A DNA stretch of 64,000 bases from Thermoanaerobaculia bacterium. Lineage in GTDB: Bacteria > Acidobacteriota > Thermoanaerobaculia > UBA5066. The stretch is from assembly GCA_963719225.1 (NCBI GenBank), contig CAVRAY010000001.1, positions 1,472,001 to 1,536,000 of the forward strand, given 5' to 3'. Below the pieces are notes generated by a model. The model had not been told where the DNA came from. It worked only from the letters and a program-made list of their open reading frames with translations, and did not search any database. Positions 34,203-43,457 of this stretch are shown one piece after another (position 1 is the first letter of the stretch; the number at the start of each line of letters is the position of its first letter). A program made the translations under genes and the position numbers.

Positions 34203-35486
34203 ATGAAAAGTGCGTTCAATCCGTTCGAAATGGCGCAGGCGCAGTTCGACAAATCCGCGGACATCCTGGGGCTCGACGACGCCTCACGGGAGCTCTTGAG
34301 GTGGCCTCTCCGCGAGTTCCACTTCGCGATTCCGGTGCACATGGACGACGGCCGCGTGAAGGTGTTCCGCGGGTTCCGCGTCCAGCACAACGACGCCCGA
34401 GGCCCGTCCAAGGGAGGAATCCGGTTCCACCCGCAGGAGACGATCGACACGGTTCGGGCGCTCTCGATGTGGATGACCTGGAAGTGCTCGGTCGTGGACA
34501 TCCCGCTCGGCGGGGCGAAAGGCGGCGTCATCTGCGATCCCCACAACCTGAGCGCGCGCGAGCAGGAGCAGATCTGCAGGGGCTGGATCCGGCAGATTTC
34601 GCGGAACGTCGGCTCGGCACTGGACGTACCGGCGCCCGACGTCATGACGACTCCCCAGCACATGCTCTGGATGCTCGACGAGTTCGAGGTGATCCACGGC
34701 GGCAGGGAGCCGGGTTTCATCACCGGAAAGCCGGTGGGGATGGGAGGCTCTCTCGGCCGGACCGAGGCCACGGGCTATGGCCTCGTCTTCGCGCTGCGCG
34801 AGGCGCTCAAGCTCCTCGAGCTCAAGGTCGACAGGACGCTGGCGAGCGTGCAGGGCTTCGGAAACGTGGCGCAGTACGCCATCAAGCTCTACATGAAGCT
34901 GGGAGGGAAGGTCGTCGCCGTCTCCTCGTGGGACCAGGCCGACCAGACTTCCTACTGCTTCCGTAAGGAGACCGGGGTCGATCCCGACGCGCTCCTCGGC
35001 ATCACCGACCGCTTCGGGGGCATCGACAAGGGGAAAGCCGCGAAGCTGGGATACGAGGTCCTTCCGGGCGACGCCTGGATCGAGCAGAACGTCGACATCC
35101 TGATGCCCTCGGCCATCGAAAACCAGGTGACCGCGGAGACGGTGGGGAAGATCAAGGACCGCGTGAAGGTGATCGCCGAAGGCGCGAACGGCCCCACGAC
35201 TCCGGAGGCCGACAAGTGCCTGCAGGCGCGGGGCATCTTCGTCATCCCCGATTTTCTCGCGAATGCCGGCGGCGTCACGTGCAGCTACTTCGAGCAGGTG
35301 CAGAGCAACATGAACTATTTCTGGGAGCAGGACGAGGTTCTCGGGAAGCTCGACGTGAAAATGACTTCGGCTTTTCATGCCGTGGCCGACCTGGCGAAGA
35401 AGCAGAAGCTCTACATGCGGGACGCGGCCTACGTGATCGCCGTGAGCCGTGTCGCGAAGGCCTGTCACGACCGCGGGTGGGTCTGA
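34203..35486 (+). CDS. Glutamate dehydrogenase 2 (Glu/Leu/Phe/Val family)
   Basis: [51 protein letters not shown]. Confidence 0.93.
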   Translation: MKSAFNPFEMAQAQFDKSADILGLDDASRELLRWPLREFHFAIPVHMDDGRVKVFRGFRVQHNDARGPSKGGIRFHPQETIDTVRALSMWMTWKCSVVDIPLGGAKGGVICDPHNLSAREQEQICRGWIRQISRNVGSALDVPAPDVMTTPQHMLWMLDEFEVIHGGREPGFITGKPVGMGGSLGRTEATGYGLVFALREALKLLELKVDRTLASVQGFGNVAQYAIKLYMKLGGKVVAVSSWDQADQTSYCFRKETGVDPDALLGITDRFGGIDKGKAAKLGYEVLPGDAWIEQNVDILMPSAIENQVTAETVGKIKDRVKVIAEGANGPTTPEADKCLQARGIFVIPDFLANAGGVTCSYFEQVQSNMNYFWEQDEVLGKLDVKMTSAFHAVADLAKKQKLYMRDAAYVIAVSRVAKACHDRGWV

Positions 35487-35503
35487 ACGGCGCCGAGCCG
35501 CCG

Positions 35504-37258
35504 ATGACGAACGCGACAGAGCCGGCGCTTCCGCTCTTCGACCGGAGGCTCTTCGACGGGAAGGAACCCGCGACGCTGATGGGCGAGGGGCCGGTCGGAG
35601 GAAAGGCCGCCGGGTTGATCCGGATCCGCGACACCCTTGCCTCGGCCTTCCCGGGCGACCTGCCGGAGTTCGAAGTCTCGATTCCCACGATGTCCGTGAT
35701 CACGACCGAGCGCTTCGACCGGTTCATGGAAGAGAACGGACTCGGGGAGATTGCTTTTTCGGGCGAGAGCGACGACGCCATCGCCCGCGCCTTCCTGAAG
35801 GGCGATTTTCCCGCCGACCTCGTGGGTGATCTGCGGTCCCTCGCCGATCACATACACGCGCCTCTCGCCGTGCGCTCCTCGAGTCTCCTCGAGGACGCCC
35901 TGAATCGACCCTTCGCCGGCGTGTACGCGACGAAGATGATTCCGAACAACGAGCCAGAGGCGGACGCCCGGTTCCGGAAGCTGGCCGAGGCCGTGAAGCT
36001 GGTATGGGCTTCGACCTACTTCCGGGCTGCGACGGCCTACCGCTCGACGGTCGACGCCGCACTGCGGAAGGAGAAGATGGCGGTGCTTCTGCAGGAGGTC
36101 GTGGGCCGCCGGCACGGAGATCGCTACTACCCCGACATTTCCGGCGTGGCGCGCTCCTACGGCTTCTACCGCTTCGGCTCGGCCCGCCCCGAGGACGGGA
36201 TCGTGCTCCTCGCGCTCGGCCTCGGGAAGACGATCGTGGACGGAGGGGCGTCCTGGACCTACTCTCCCGCCCACCCGCGCGCGCCCGCGCCTTTCGCCTC
36301 GACCTCCGACCTCCTCAAGAGCACGCAGACGGAGTTCTGGGCGGTGAACATGGGCAAGCCCCCGGCCTACGATCCCGTGCGCGAGACGGAATACCTCGTG
36401 AGAGGCTCCATCGTGGACGCAGAAGAGGACGGCACGCTGCAGGCGACCGCCTCCACGTGGAACGCCGCCTCGGAGAGACTCGTGTCCGGAACGGGCACGC
36501 CCGGGCCGCGCGTCCTGAATTTCGCGTCGCTTCTGATCCACGATCAATACCCGCTGAACGACGCGGTCAGATTGCTCCTGTCGGCCTGCGGGAGCGCGGC
36601 CGGCGGGCCGGTCGAGATCGAGTTCGCCGCGACGCTCGAGCCTCGTCGGGAGCCGCCCTTGAGGATCGGTCTTCTCCAGGTGCGCCGCATGGCGGTCTCG
36701 ACGGAGAGCGTCGACGTCGACGCCGCCGCTCGGTCCGGCCTCAGGGTCCTCCTCTCGTCCGACCAGGTCATGGGGAACGGGATCGTCGACGGGATCCGCG
36801 ACGTCGTCTACCTGCGGCCCGATCGCTTCGACGCGCGCCACTCGCGCGCGATCGCGGAGGAGGTCGCCGCGAGAAATCGTGTGCTGCTCGAAGAGGGCAC
36901 TCCGTACATCCTCATCGGGTTCGGACGGTGGGGAAGCGCGGATCCGTGGCTCGGAGTTCCGGTGGCATGGGGAGACGTGGCGGGGGCCAGGGTCCTCGTC
37001 GAGGCGTCACGGCCCGAGCGAGGGATCGAGATGAGTCAGGGTTCGCACTTCTTCCACAACATCTCGAGCTTCGGCGTGAGCTACTTCTCCTTGCCGCCCG
37101 AGGGCGCCGGCACGCTCGACTGGGAGTGGCTGGAAAGCCGGCCCCTCGTCGCCGAGAGTTTCTTCCTCCGCCACGTCCGTGCGGCCGGACCGCTGCGCGT
37201 GGAAGTCGATGGTCGCGCCGGACGTGGGATCATCTGGAGGTGCGACGAGGAGACATGA
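35504..37258 (+). CDS. PEP-synthase-like ATP-grasp (PPDK_N) protein A, no added sensor domain
   Basis: GGKAAGL, VRSSSLLED, FAGVYAT, EKMAVLLQ, GLGKTIVDG, IEFA..LLQVR; C-terminal GRWGS / SQGSHFF domain. Confidence 0.88.
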   Translation: MTNATEPALPLFDRRLFDGKEPATLMGEGPVGGKAAGLIRIRDTLASAFPGDLPEFEVSIPTMSVITTERFDRFMEENGLGEIAFSGESDDAIARAFLKGDFPADLVGDLRSLADHIHAPLAVRSSSLLEDALNRPFAGVYATKMIPNNEPEADARFRKLAEAVKLVWASTYFRAATAYRSTVDAALRKEKMAVLLQEVVGRRHGDRYYPDISGVARSYGFYRFGSARPEDGIVLLALGLGKTIVDGGASWTYSPAHPRAPAPFASTSDLLKSTQTEFWAVNMGKPPAYDPVRETEYLVRGSIVDAEEDGTLQATASTWNAASERLVSGTGTPGPRVLNFASLLIHDQYPLNDAVRLLLSACGSAAGGPVEIEFAATLEPRREPPLRIGLLQVRRMAVSTESVDVDAAARSGLRVLLSSDQVMGNGIVDGIRDVVYLRPDRFDARHSRAIAEEVAARNRVLLEEGTPYILIGFGRWGSADPWLGVPVAWGDVAGARVLVEASRPERGIEMSQGSHFFHNISSFGVSYFSLPPEGAGTLDWEWLESRPLVAESFFLRHVRAAGPLRVEVDGRAGRGIIWRCDEET

Positions 37259-40200
37259 CCTCACCGGACAGCCCCGTCGACACGATTCTTGACGCCCTGC
37301 AGGAACGCGCCAAGGAGCTCACCTGCATCTACCGGGTGAACGAGATCTGCAATCGGCCGCAGGCCTCGCTCGACGAGATTTTCCGGGACGTCATCGACAT
37401 CCTCCCGCCGGGCTGGCAATACCCGGCCGAGTGCCTGGCGCGGGTCACGGTGGACGGCGTGGTCTACGAGCCGCCGGGTTTGATCGGCACCCCATGGGTT
37501 CAGGTGGCACCGATCCGTGTGCAGGGTCTGGTGATTGGCAGCGTCGAGGTGTTTTACGTGAAGGCGATGCCGGCCTCCGACGAGGGTCCGTTCCTGAAAG
37601 AGGAGAGGAAGCTCATCGACACGGTCGCCGAGCGCCTCGGGCAGCTCCTTCTGCACCGCAAGCTGCTGGACAGGATCCAGGGCCGGCAGGAGGCGTTCGA
37701 AGGCCTCCCGGCGACGCCGCGCGGGAACTGGTGGATCATCATCGACTTCCTGCGCAAGACCGACGAGCACCTCCTGATGAGGGTCTCGCGCCGGATGATC
37801 AACTACCTCTGCTGGAACGGAATTGCCGAGGCACGGGACCTGCTGCCGCACTTCACCGCGGGCCGGAGCGGCGGGCGCGAAGAGAGCGGAGGCGAGAACC
37901 GGCCCCTGGAGCGGCGCGGCATCGACTCTTTGATCAAGGTCGCCGACGAGGTCTTCCGCATCGCTTCCCAGCACCTCGCTTCCGACGAGATCCTCTCGTG
38001 CATTCAGAAGTGGATCAGGGACGAGAAATCGGGCTTTCTGGTCGAGGCGGTCGAGAACCAGGGAACGCCTTTGATGGAGATTGCCCAGGCGCTGGGCCGC
38101 TTTCACAACACGGCCGTCGACGACCACGAGCTGTCGCGCACCGTACAGGTGGAATTGAGGGTCTCGTTGATCCGCCGGTTCCTCACCGATGACCTCGACT
38201 TCCTCGGCACGGCCAAGAACTACATCGACGTGGGCGACTTCTACGAGCTTTCCCGCCGTGTCATCTGTCCCCCCAGGAGCCACGGCAAGCTCGGCGGGAA
38301 GAGTTCGGGCCTGTTTCTGGCGGCCCAGATCGTCCGCAAGTCGCCCGAGTACGCCGACGCGCTCGGACGCATCCGGATCCCGAGAACGTGGTACGTCACG
38401 TCGGACGGAGTTCTGAACTTCATCGAGTTCAATCAGCTTCAGGACGTCTACAATCGGAAGTATCTGGAGATCGAGGAGGTGCGGCGCGAGTACCCGCACA
38501 TCGTCCAGGTCTTCAAGGACTCTCATTTCTCGCCGGAGATCGTCAAGGGCCTGTCCGTCGCGCTCGACGACCTCGACGGACGCCCCCTCATCGTCCGCAG
38601 CTCCAGCCTCCTGGAGGACCGCATCGGGTCGGCGTTCTCCGGCAAATACAAGAGCCTCTTCCTGTCCAATCAAGGCACGAAGAGCGAGCGCCTTAGTGCG
38701 CTGATGGATGCCATCGCCGAGGTTTATGCCTCGATCTTCGGGCCGGATCCCATCGAATACCGCGCCGCGCGCGGGCTCCTGGACGTGCACGAGGAGATGG
38801 GCGTGATGATCCAGGAGGTCGTGGGCAGCCGCGCCGGCAAGTACTTCCTGCCGACGTTCGCGGGGGTCGCCTTCTCCAACAACGAATTCCGATGGTCGGC
38901 GCGGATCAGGCGAGAGGACGGTCTCGTGCGTCTCGTGGCGGGCCTCGGGACGCGCGCCGTGGACCGCCTCGGCGACGACTACCCGGTGCTGATCGCTCCG
39001 GGCCAGCCCGGACTGAGGGTGAACGTCACGCCCGACGAGGTGGTCCGCTACTCGCCGAGGAAGCTGGACGTCATCAACCTGGAGTCGCGGCGTTTCGAGA
39101 CGGTCGCCTTGAAGGATCTCCTCGCGGAGTGCGGCCCGGAGATCCCCGGCGTTCAAAAGATCGTCTCGCTCGCGGATGAAAGCGGAATTCGCCGCCCCCT
39201 CCTGATCGACTGGGCGTCGGACGCGGACCGCCTCGTCGTGACCTTCGACGGGCTCATCGAGTCCACTCCGTTCCTCACCCAGATGCGCGCGCTGCTCCGC
39301 CTTCTGAAGGAGAAGACCGGAGGGCCGGTGGACATCGAATTTGCTTCTGACGGAAAGGACTTCTATCTCCTGCAATGCAGGCCGCAGAGCTTCTCGGAGG
39401 ATGTCGCGTCGGCGCCGATCCCGCAGGACCTGCCGGCCGAGAAGCTGGTCTTCGAGGCGCGGCGCTACGTTTCCAACGGCCGGATGCCGGACATCACCCA
39501 CATCGTCTACGTCGACCCCGAGCGCTACGCGGCGCTCGCAGACGAGGAGGATCTCAGGCGCGTGGGACGGGCCGTCGGCCGGCTCAACAAGGTTCTACCG
39601 AAAAGTCAGTTCATCCTCATGGGCCCGGGCCGCTGGGGCAGCCGCGGCGATGTGAAGCTCGGCGTCCCCGTCACCTACTCCGACATCAACAACACCGCTG
39701 CCCTCATCGAGATCGCACGGAAGAGGGGGAACTACGTCCCGGACGTCTCCTTCGGCACGCACTTCTTTCAGGATCTCGTCGAAGCCTCCATCCGCTACCT
39801 CCCGCTTTTTCCCGACGATCCCGACATCGCCTTCCACGAGAAGTTCCTGCGGGAGTCCCCCGATATCCTGGCGGACGTCGCGCCGGAGTTTGCGGACCTG
39901 GCGGGAGTCGTGCGTGTCATCGACGTGCCGCGCGCCACGGGAGGCCTCGTCCTGCGCGTTCTGCTGAACGCGGACCAGGACCGTGCGGTCGGCTTCCTGT
40001 CGAGTCCCGGGGTCGGAGCCGACACGTCGGTGGAAAGGAAGCGCCTCCCGGAGCCGGCGCCGCCGGAGGACCACTCGCCCTGGCGTCTGCGGATGGCCGA
40101 GCGCATCGCGGCGGTGGCCGACGTCGCGCGTTTCGGCATCAAGGGGCTCTATCTCTTCGGCAGCACGAAAAACGGCACGGCGTCGCCCGGCAGCGACATC

Positions 40201-40446
40201 AATCTCCTCGTCCACTTCTGCGGCACTCCGGAAATGCGCAGCGATCTGCTGGCCTGGCTTGAAGGCTGGAGCCTGTGCCTGTCCGAGATGAACTACCTGC
40301 GCAGCGGCGTCGCGACCTCGGGCCTGCTGGACGTCCACGTCGTGACGGACGCGGAGATCGAAAGCGCCTCGGGTTACGCCGCGAAGATCGGTGCCGTCAC
40401 GGACGCGGCGCGGTCCCTGACCCTTGGAACGAAGGCTTCAGAATGA
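37255..40446 (+). CDS. PEP-synthase-like ATP-grasp (PPDK_N) protein B with N-terminal sensor-like and C-terminal nucleotidyltransferase-like domains
   Basis: LQERAKELTCIY N-terminal domain; GGKSSGL, VRSSSLLED, DIEFA..LLQCRP; SFGTHFF; LFGSTKNGTASPGSDINL. Confidence 0.88.
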   Translation: MTSPDSPVDTILDALQERAKELTCIYRVNEICNRPQASLDEIFRDVIDILPPGWQYPAECLARVTVDGVVYEPPGLIGTPWVQVAPIRVQGLVIGSVEVFYVKAMPASDEGPFLKEERKLIDTVAERLGQLLLHRKLLDRIQGRQEAFEGLPATPRGNWWIIIDFLRKTDEHLLMRVSRRMINYLCWNGIAEARDLLPHFTAGRSGGREESGGENRPLERRGIDSLIKVADEVFRIASQHLASDEILSCIQKWIRDEKSGFLVEAVENQGTPLMEIAQALGRFHNTAVDDHELSRTVQVELRVSLIRRFLTDDLDFLGTAKNYIDVGDFYELSRRVICPPRSHGKLGGKSSGLFLAAQIVRKSPEYADALGRIRIPRTWYVTSDGVLNFIEFNQLQDVYNRKYLEIEEVRREYPHIVQVFKDSHFSPEIVKGLSVALDDLDGRPLIVRSSSLLEDRIGSAFSGKYKSLFLSNQGTKSERLSALMDAIAEVYASIFGPDPIEYRAARGLLDVHEEMGVMIQEVVGSRAGKYFLPTFAGVAFSNNEFRWSARIRREDGLVRLVAGLGTRAVDRLGDDYPVLIAPGQPGLRVNVTPDEVVRYSPRKLDVINLESRRFETVALKDLLAECGPEIPGVQKIVSLADESGIRRPLLIDWASDADRLVVTFDGLIESTPFLTQMRALLRLLKEKTGGPVDIEFASDGKDFYLLQCRPQSFSEDVASAPIPQDLPAEKLVFEARRYVSNGRMPDITHIVYVDPERYAALADEEDLRRVGRAVGRLNKVLPKSQFILMGPGRWGSRGDVKLGVPVTYSDINNTAALIEIARKRGNYVPDVSFGTHFFQDLVEASIRYLPLFPDDPDIAFHEKFLRESPDILADVAPEFADLAGVVRVIDVPRATGGLVLRVLLNADQDRAVGFLSSPGVGADTSVERKRLPEPAPPEDHSPWRLRMAERIAAVADVARFGIKGLYLFGSTKNGTASPGSDINLLVHFCGTPEMRSDLLAWLEGWSLCLSEMNYLRSGVATSGLLDVHVVTDAEIESASGYAAKIGAVTDAARSLTLGTKASE

Positions 40447-43438
40447 CTCCCTCGTTCCTGCGGCCGTTCATCTTGATGAGGACGGGGCGCTCGAACGTCA
40501 GGTGCCTCACGCACGACTTCGCGCTCGCGACCGCCTGCGCCGAGAGCCAGTCCCAGTCGACGAAGCCGTCTCCGAGCTCCGGGTTGACGGTGAAGTAGCC
40601 CGTGTCGTTCGCGGTGAGGTTCTGGAAGAAATGAGTGCCCTGTGAGGGCGTCACGCGGAAGTCCTTGAAGCCGGTCTCGACGATGACGCGCGCGCCGGAG
40701 ATCTGGTCCCACGTGACCGGAATTCCGAGGAACGGGTCCGCCGACCCCCAGCGACCCACTCCGATGAGGACATAGGGAGTTCCCCGGCTGGAAAGGTGCG
40801 CGTTGAAGGCGGCGACCTCGTCCGCCGCGACACGGCTTTTCGAACGGTCGAAGCGGTCGTAATCGACGACGACGAGGTCGCGGACGTCTTCGATGCGGCC
40901 GTTCCCGAGAACAGTCGCGCTCTGACAGACGAGGTCCTCGCGCGCGACGTCGCCGATCTGGAGCTCGGTCAGCTCCCTCGAGAGAGCCAGCGGCCGGAGC
41001 TGCAGGAAGCCGAACTCCTTCAGCGCGCTCTCCGGCTTCAGGAGGTCGACGGCGAACTCGATCTCCACCGGGGCTCCCGTGCCGCGCGTCGCGACCCGGA
41101 GCAGCGCGGCCAGGATCTCGGCCAGCGGGAAGGTCTCGTGCTTGAGGATCGGAGCGAACGTGACGAGGCGGATGCCGGGGCGCGAGATGCCGTCGTAAAC
41201 GGCTTCGTTTTCCGGGGAGTACGTGGAGGCCACGAGAGCCAGCGTCCCATCCTCTTCGGCCGCCTCGAGGCCGTGGCGCTCGAGCACGAACTCGTGGAGG
41301 GCGGGCCGCGCCTGCGAGTTCTCGAGGTCCAGGGCGAAGAACTCCCGCTGCGAATTCTGACGGATGTCCTCGACGGACGAGAACTGCACGAGGTGGCGGG
41401 GGTATTTCGGGCAGAACCTCACGCAGGCCTCGCCGTCCACGACGCTTTCCCCGAAGCCGAGGGCGACGGCCGCGATGCCGTCCTCCGTCCGGATGGGCGA
41501 CGACGGATAGAAGTTGTGCGACCGCGCCACGCCCGAGAGGGACGGGTAGAAGCGACCGCCGTGCGAGGCCCCCACGATCCGCTGGAGGACGACGGCCATC
41601 TTTTCCTCTTCGAGACGGTAGGGAGTAGCGTCCAGATAGGACTTCGCGCGATGGGAGAACGTGGAGGCGTAGACCCGCTTGATGGCCGCGAGGAGCTGGG
41701 AGAGGCGGATCGCGCGGCTGCCGTGGTTGTTCGGCAGCATGTACGTCTCGTAGACGCCGGCGAAGGGCTGGTACTGCGAGTCCTCGAGAAGGCTCGAGGA
41801 GCGCACGGCGATCGGGTAAGGAACAGCCCTGAGGTACGTATCCAGGTCCTGCGCGGTCTCCTCGGGGAACGCGGCCGCGTGGAAGCGCCGGCGGATGGCC
41901 GTGTCGTCGTCCGTCTCGATCGCGAAGTCTCGCAGGCCGTTCTCGTCGAGGAACCGGTCGAAGAGGTCCGAGCCGAGCACGACGGCGGAGGGAACGGAGA
42001 TGTTGACGTTCTGAAAGCGGCTTCGGACCCGGTCGTCGTCCAGGAGCACGTTGACGAACGCGAGGCCGCGCGCCTTGCCGCCGAGGGACCCGCCGCCGAG
42101 GCGCCAGAATCCCGGCGAGCCGTCGAACGTGGCACGGTCGAAATCGGCCACGATGCGCCGGCCACGTTGCGTGCGGTACTCCTGGATCGAGCGGATCAGC
42201 TCCCGCCTCAGGTTCTCCAGGCCGCCGAAGTCGGCGACCGTGCGCGGCCGGAGGCTGTGGGCGAGAGCGAACTCGGTGCGGGCCTTCAGCCAGGTCGAGA
42301 AGTGGTTTCGCTCGCCGTGATAGGCGAGGCAAGAGGCGGGAACGGTGTGGAGCATCTCCTCCAGCGCCTTCAGGTCGTGCGCCCGCCCCACCTCGGTGCC
42401 GTCGGGCAGGCGGAACAGAAAATCGCCGAAGCCGAAGTTCTCGACCATGAAATGCCGGAGCTGCTGGAGGAGGACGGGCGAGCCCTTCAGGTGAAAGGTG
42501 GCGCCGACCTCTTTCGCGAGCGCCGCGTTCTCCTGGCGGCTGGACTGGAGCATGAACGGAATGTCGGGCTGCTCCTCGCGCACCCGTCGCGCGAGCTCCA
42601 CGCCGGCCAACGGGGTGAGCGTCCCGCCCCGCGGGAACTCGATGTCGGAGATGATTCCCAGGACGTTCTCCCGGTAGGTCTCGAAGAGGTCCCAGGCCTC
42701 CTCGAAGGTGCGGCAGAGAACGATCTTGGGCCGCGCCTTGAGCCGCATGAGCTTGTGCGAGAGGTTGATTCCCTCCGGCGCGAGGTTGTGCGACTGCTTG
42801 ATCACCTCGGTGTAGAGCACCGGCAGGAACGAGGAGGCGAAGGGCACGCTGTCCTCGACGAGGATGATCGCCTGAACTCCCTTCACGCCCGTGTCGTGCG
42901 CGAGGTTCATGCGGTCCTCGACCAACTTCACGATCGCCAGGAGGATCCGCACGTCGCCCCGCCAGAGGTAGATCCCGTCGAGGGCGGAGACGTCGTGCCG
43001 CTCGAGGAGGAGGGCGAGCTCGCGGTGGTCGTAGGCGAGGACGACGACGTGGGCTTTCACGCCGGCCTCCTTGAGCCGGCGCGCGAGCGCCGGGGCGTCC
43101 ATGTCGCCCACGTGGAGGGACGTGATGACGAGGTTGAAGCGGGGCTCCGCGCGCGCCCTCTCGAGCGCCTCCTCGCCCGTGGAGACGCGGGTGATGCCCG
43201 GAACGTGCCGGAGGTTCAGCTCGAGAGATTCGGAAAGGATCCGCTCGTTCAGCTGGCCGTCCTCGGCCAGGATGAAGTAATCGTAGAGGCTCGAGACGAG
43301 CAGGATGTCCTGGACCCGGTACTGCATCAGGTCGTGGAACCCGCCCCACGGACTCTCCGAGCGGAGGGACGGGCCGTCCGGGCCTCGTTCGGACATCGAT
43401 GACTCCCCGGGAAGCGGCGTGAAGGAAGAATCCTCCAC
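40397..43438 (-). CDS. PEP-synthase-like ATP-grasp (PPDK_N) protein C with N-terminal receiver-like domains
   Basis: ILLVSS, IILVED, GIISDIEFP receiver-like segments; GGKARGL, VRSSSLLED, EIEFA..FLQLRP; SQGTHFF; start may be the second Met (~43396). Confidence 0.88.
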   Translation of the reverse strand: MEDSSFTPLPGESSMSERGPDGPSLRSESPWGGFHDLMQYRVQDILLVSSLYDYFILAEDGQLNERILSESLELNLRHVPGITRVSTGEEALERARAEPRFNLVITSLHVGDMDAPALARRLKEAGVKAHVVVLAYDHRELALLLERHDVSALDGIYLWRGDVRILLAIVKLVEDRMNLAHDTGVKGVQAIILVEDSVPFASSFLPVLYTEVIKQSHNLAPEGINLSHKLMRLKARPKIVLCRTFEEAWDLFETYRENVLGIISDIEFPRGGTLTPLAGVELARRVREEQPDIPFMLQSSRQENAALAKEVGATFHLKGSPVLLQQLRHFMVENFGFGDFLFRLPDGTEVGRAHDLKALEEMLHTVPASCLAYHGERNHFSTWLKARTEFALAHSLRPRTVADFGGLENLRRELIRSIQEYRTQRGRRIVADFDRATFDGSPGFWRLGGGSLGGKARGLAFVNVLLDDDRVRSRFQNVNISVPSAVVLGSDLFDRFLDENGLRDFAIETDDDTAIRRRFHAAAFPEETAQDLDTYLRAVPYPIAVRSSSLLEDSQYQPFAGVYETYMLPNNHGSRAIRLSQLLAAIKRVYASTFSHRAKSYLDATPYRLEEEKMAVVLQRIVGASHGGRFYPSLSGVARSHNFYPSSPIRTEDGIAAVALGFGESVVDGEACVRFCPKYPRHLVQFSSVEDIRQNSQREFFALDLENSQARPALHEFVLERHGLEAAEEDGTLALVASTYSPENEAVYDGISRPGIRLVTFAPILKHETFPLAEILAALLRVATRGTGAPVEIEFAVDLLKPESALKEFGFLQLRPLALSRELTELQIGDVAREDLVCQSATVLGNGRIEDVRDLVVVDYDRFDRSKSRVAADEVAAFNAHLSSRGTPYVLIGVGRWGSADPFLGIPVTWDQISGARVIVETGFKDFRVTPSQGTHFFQNLTANDTGYFTVNPELGDGFVDWDWLSAQAVASAKSCVRHLTFERPVLIKMNGRRNEGVILKPSFQGSGTAPRP

Positions 43439-43457
43439 GCCGCCTCCGGGGCCTAGG

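Noticed and set aside
35504-43438. Annotation as ordinary ppsA/ppdK
   Set aside because: No C-terminal PEP/pyruvate-binding barrel and no canonical TSHAAI motif
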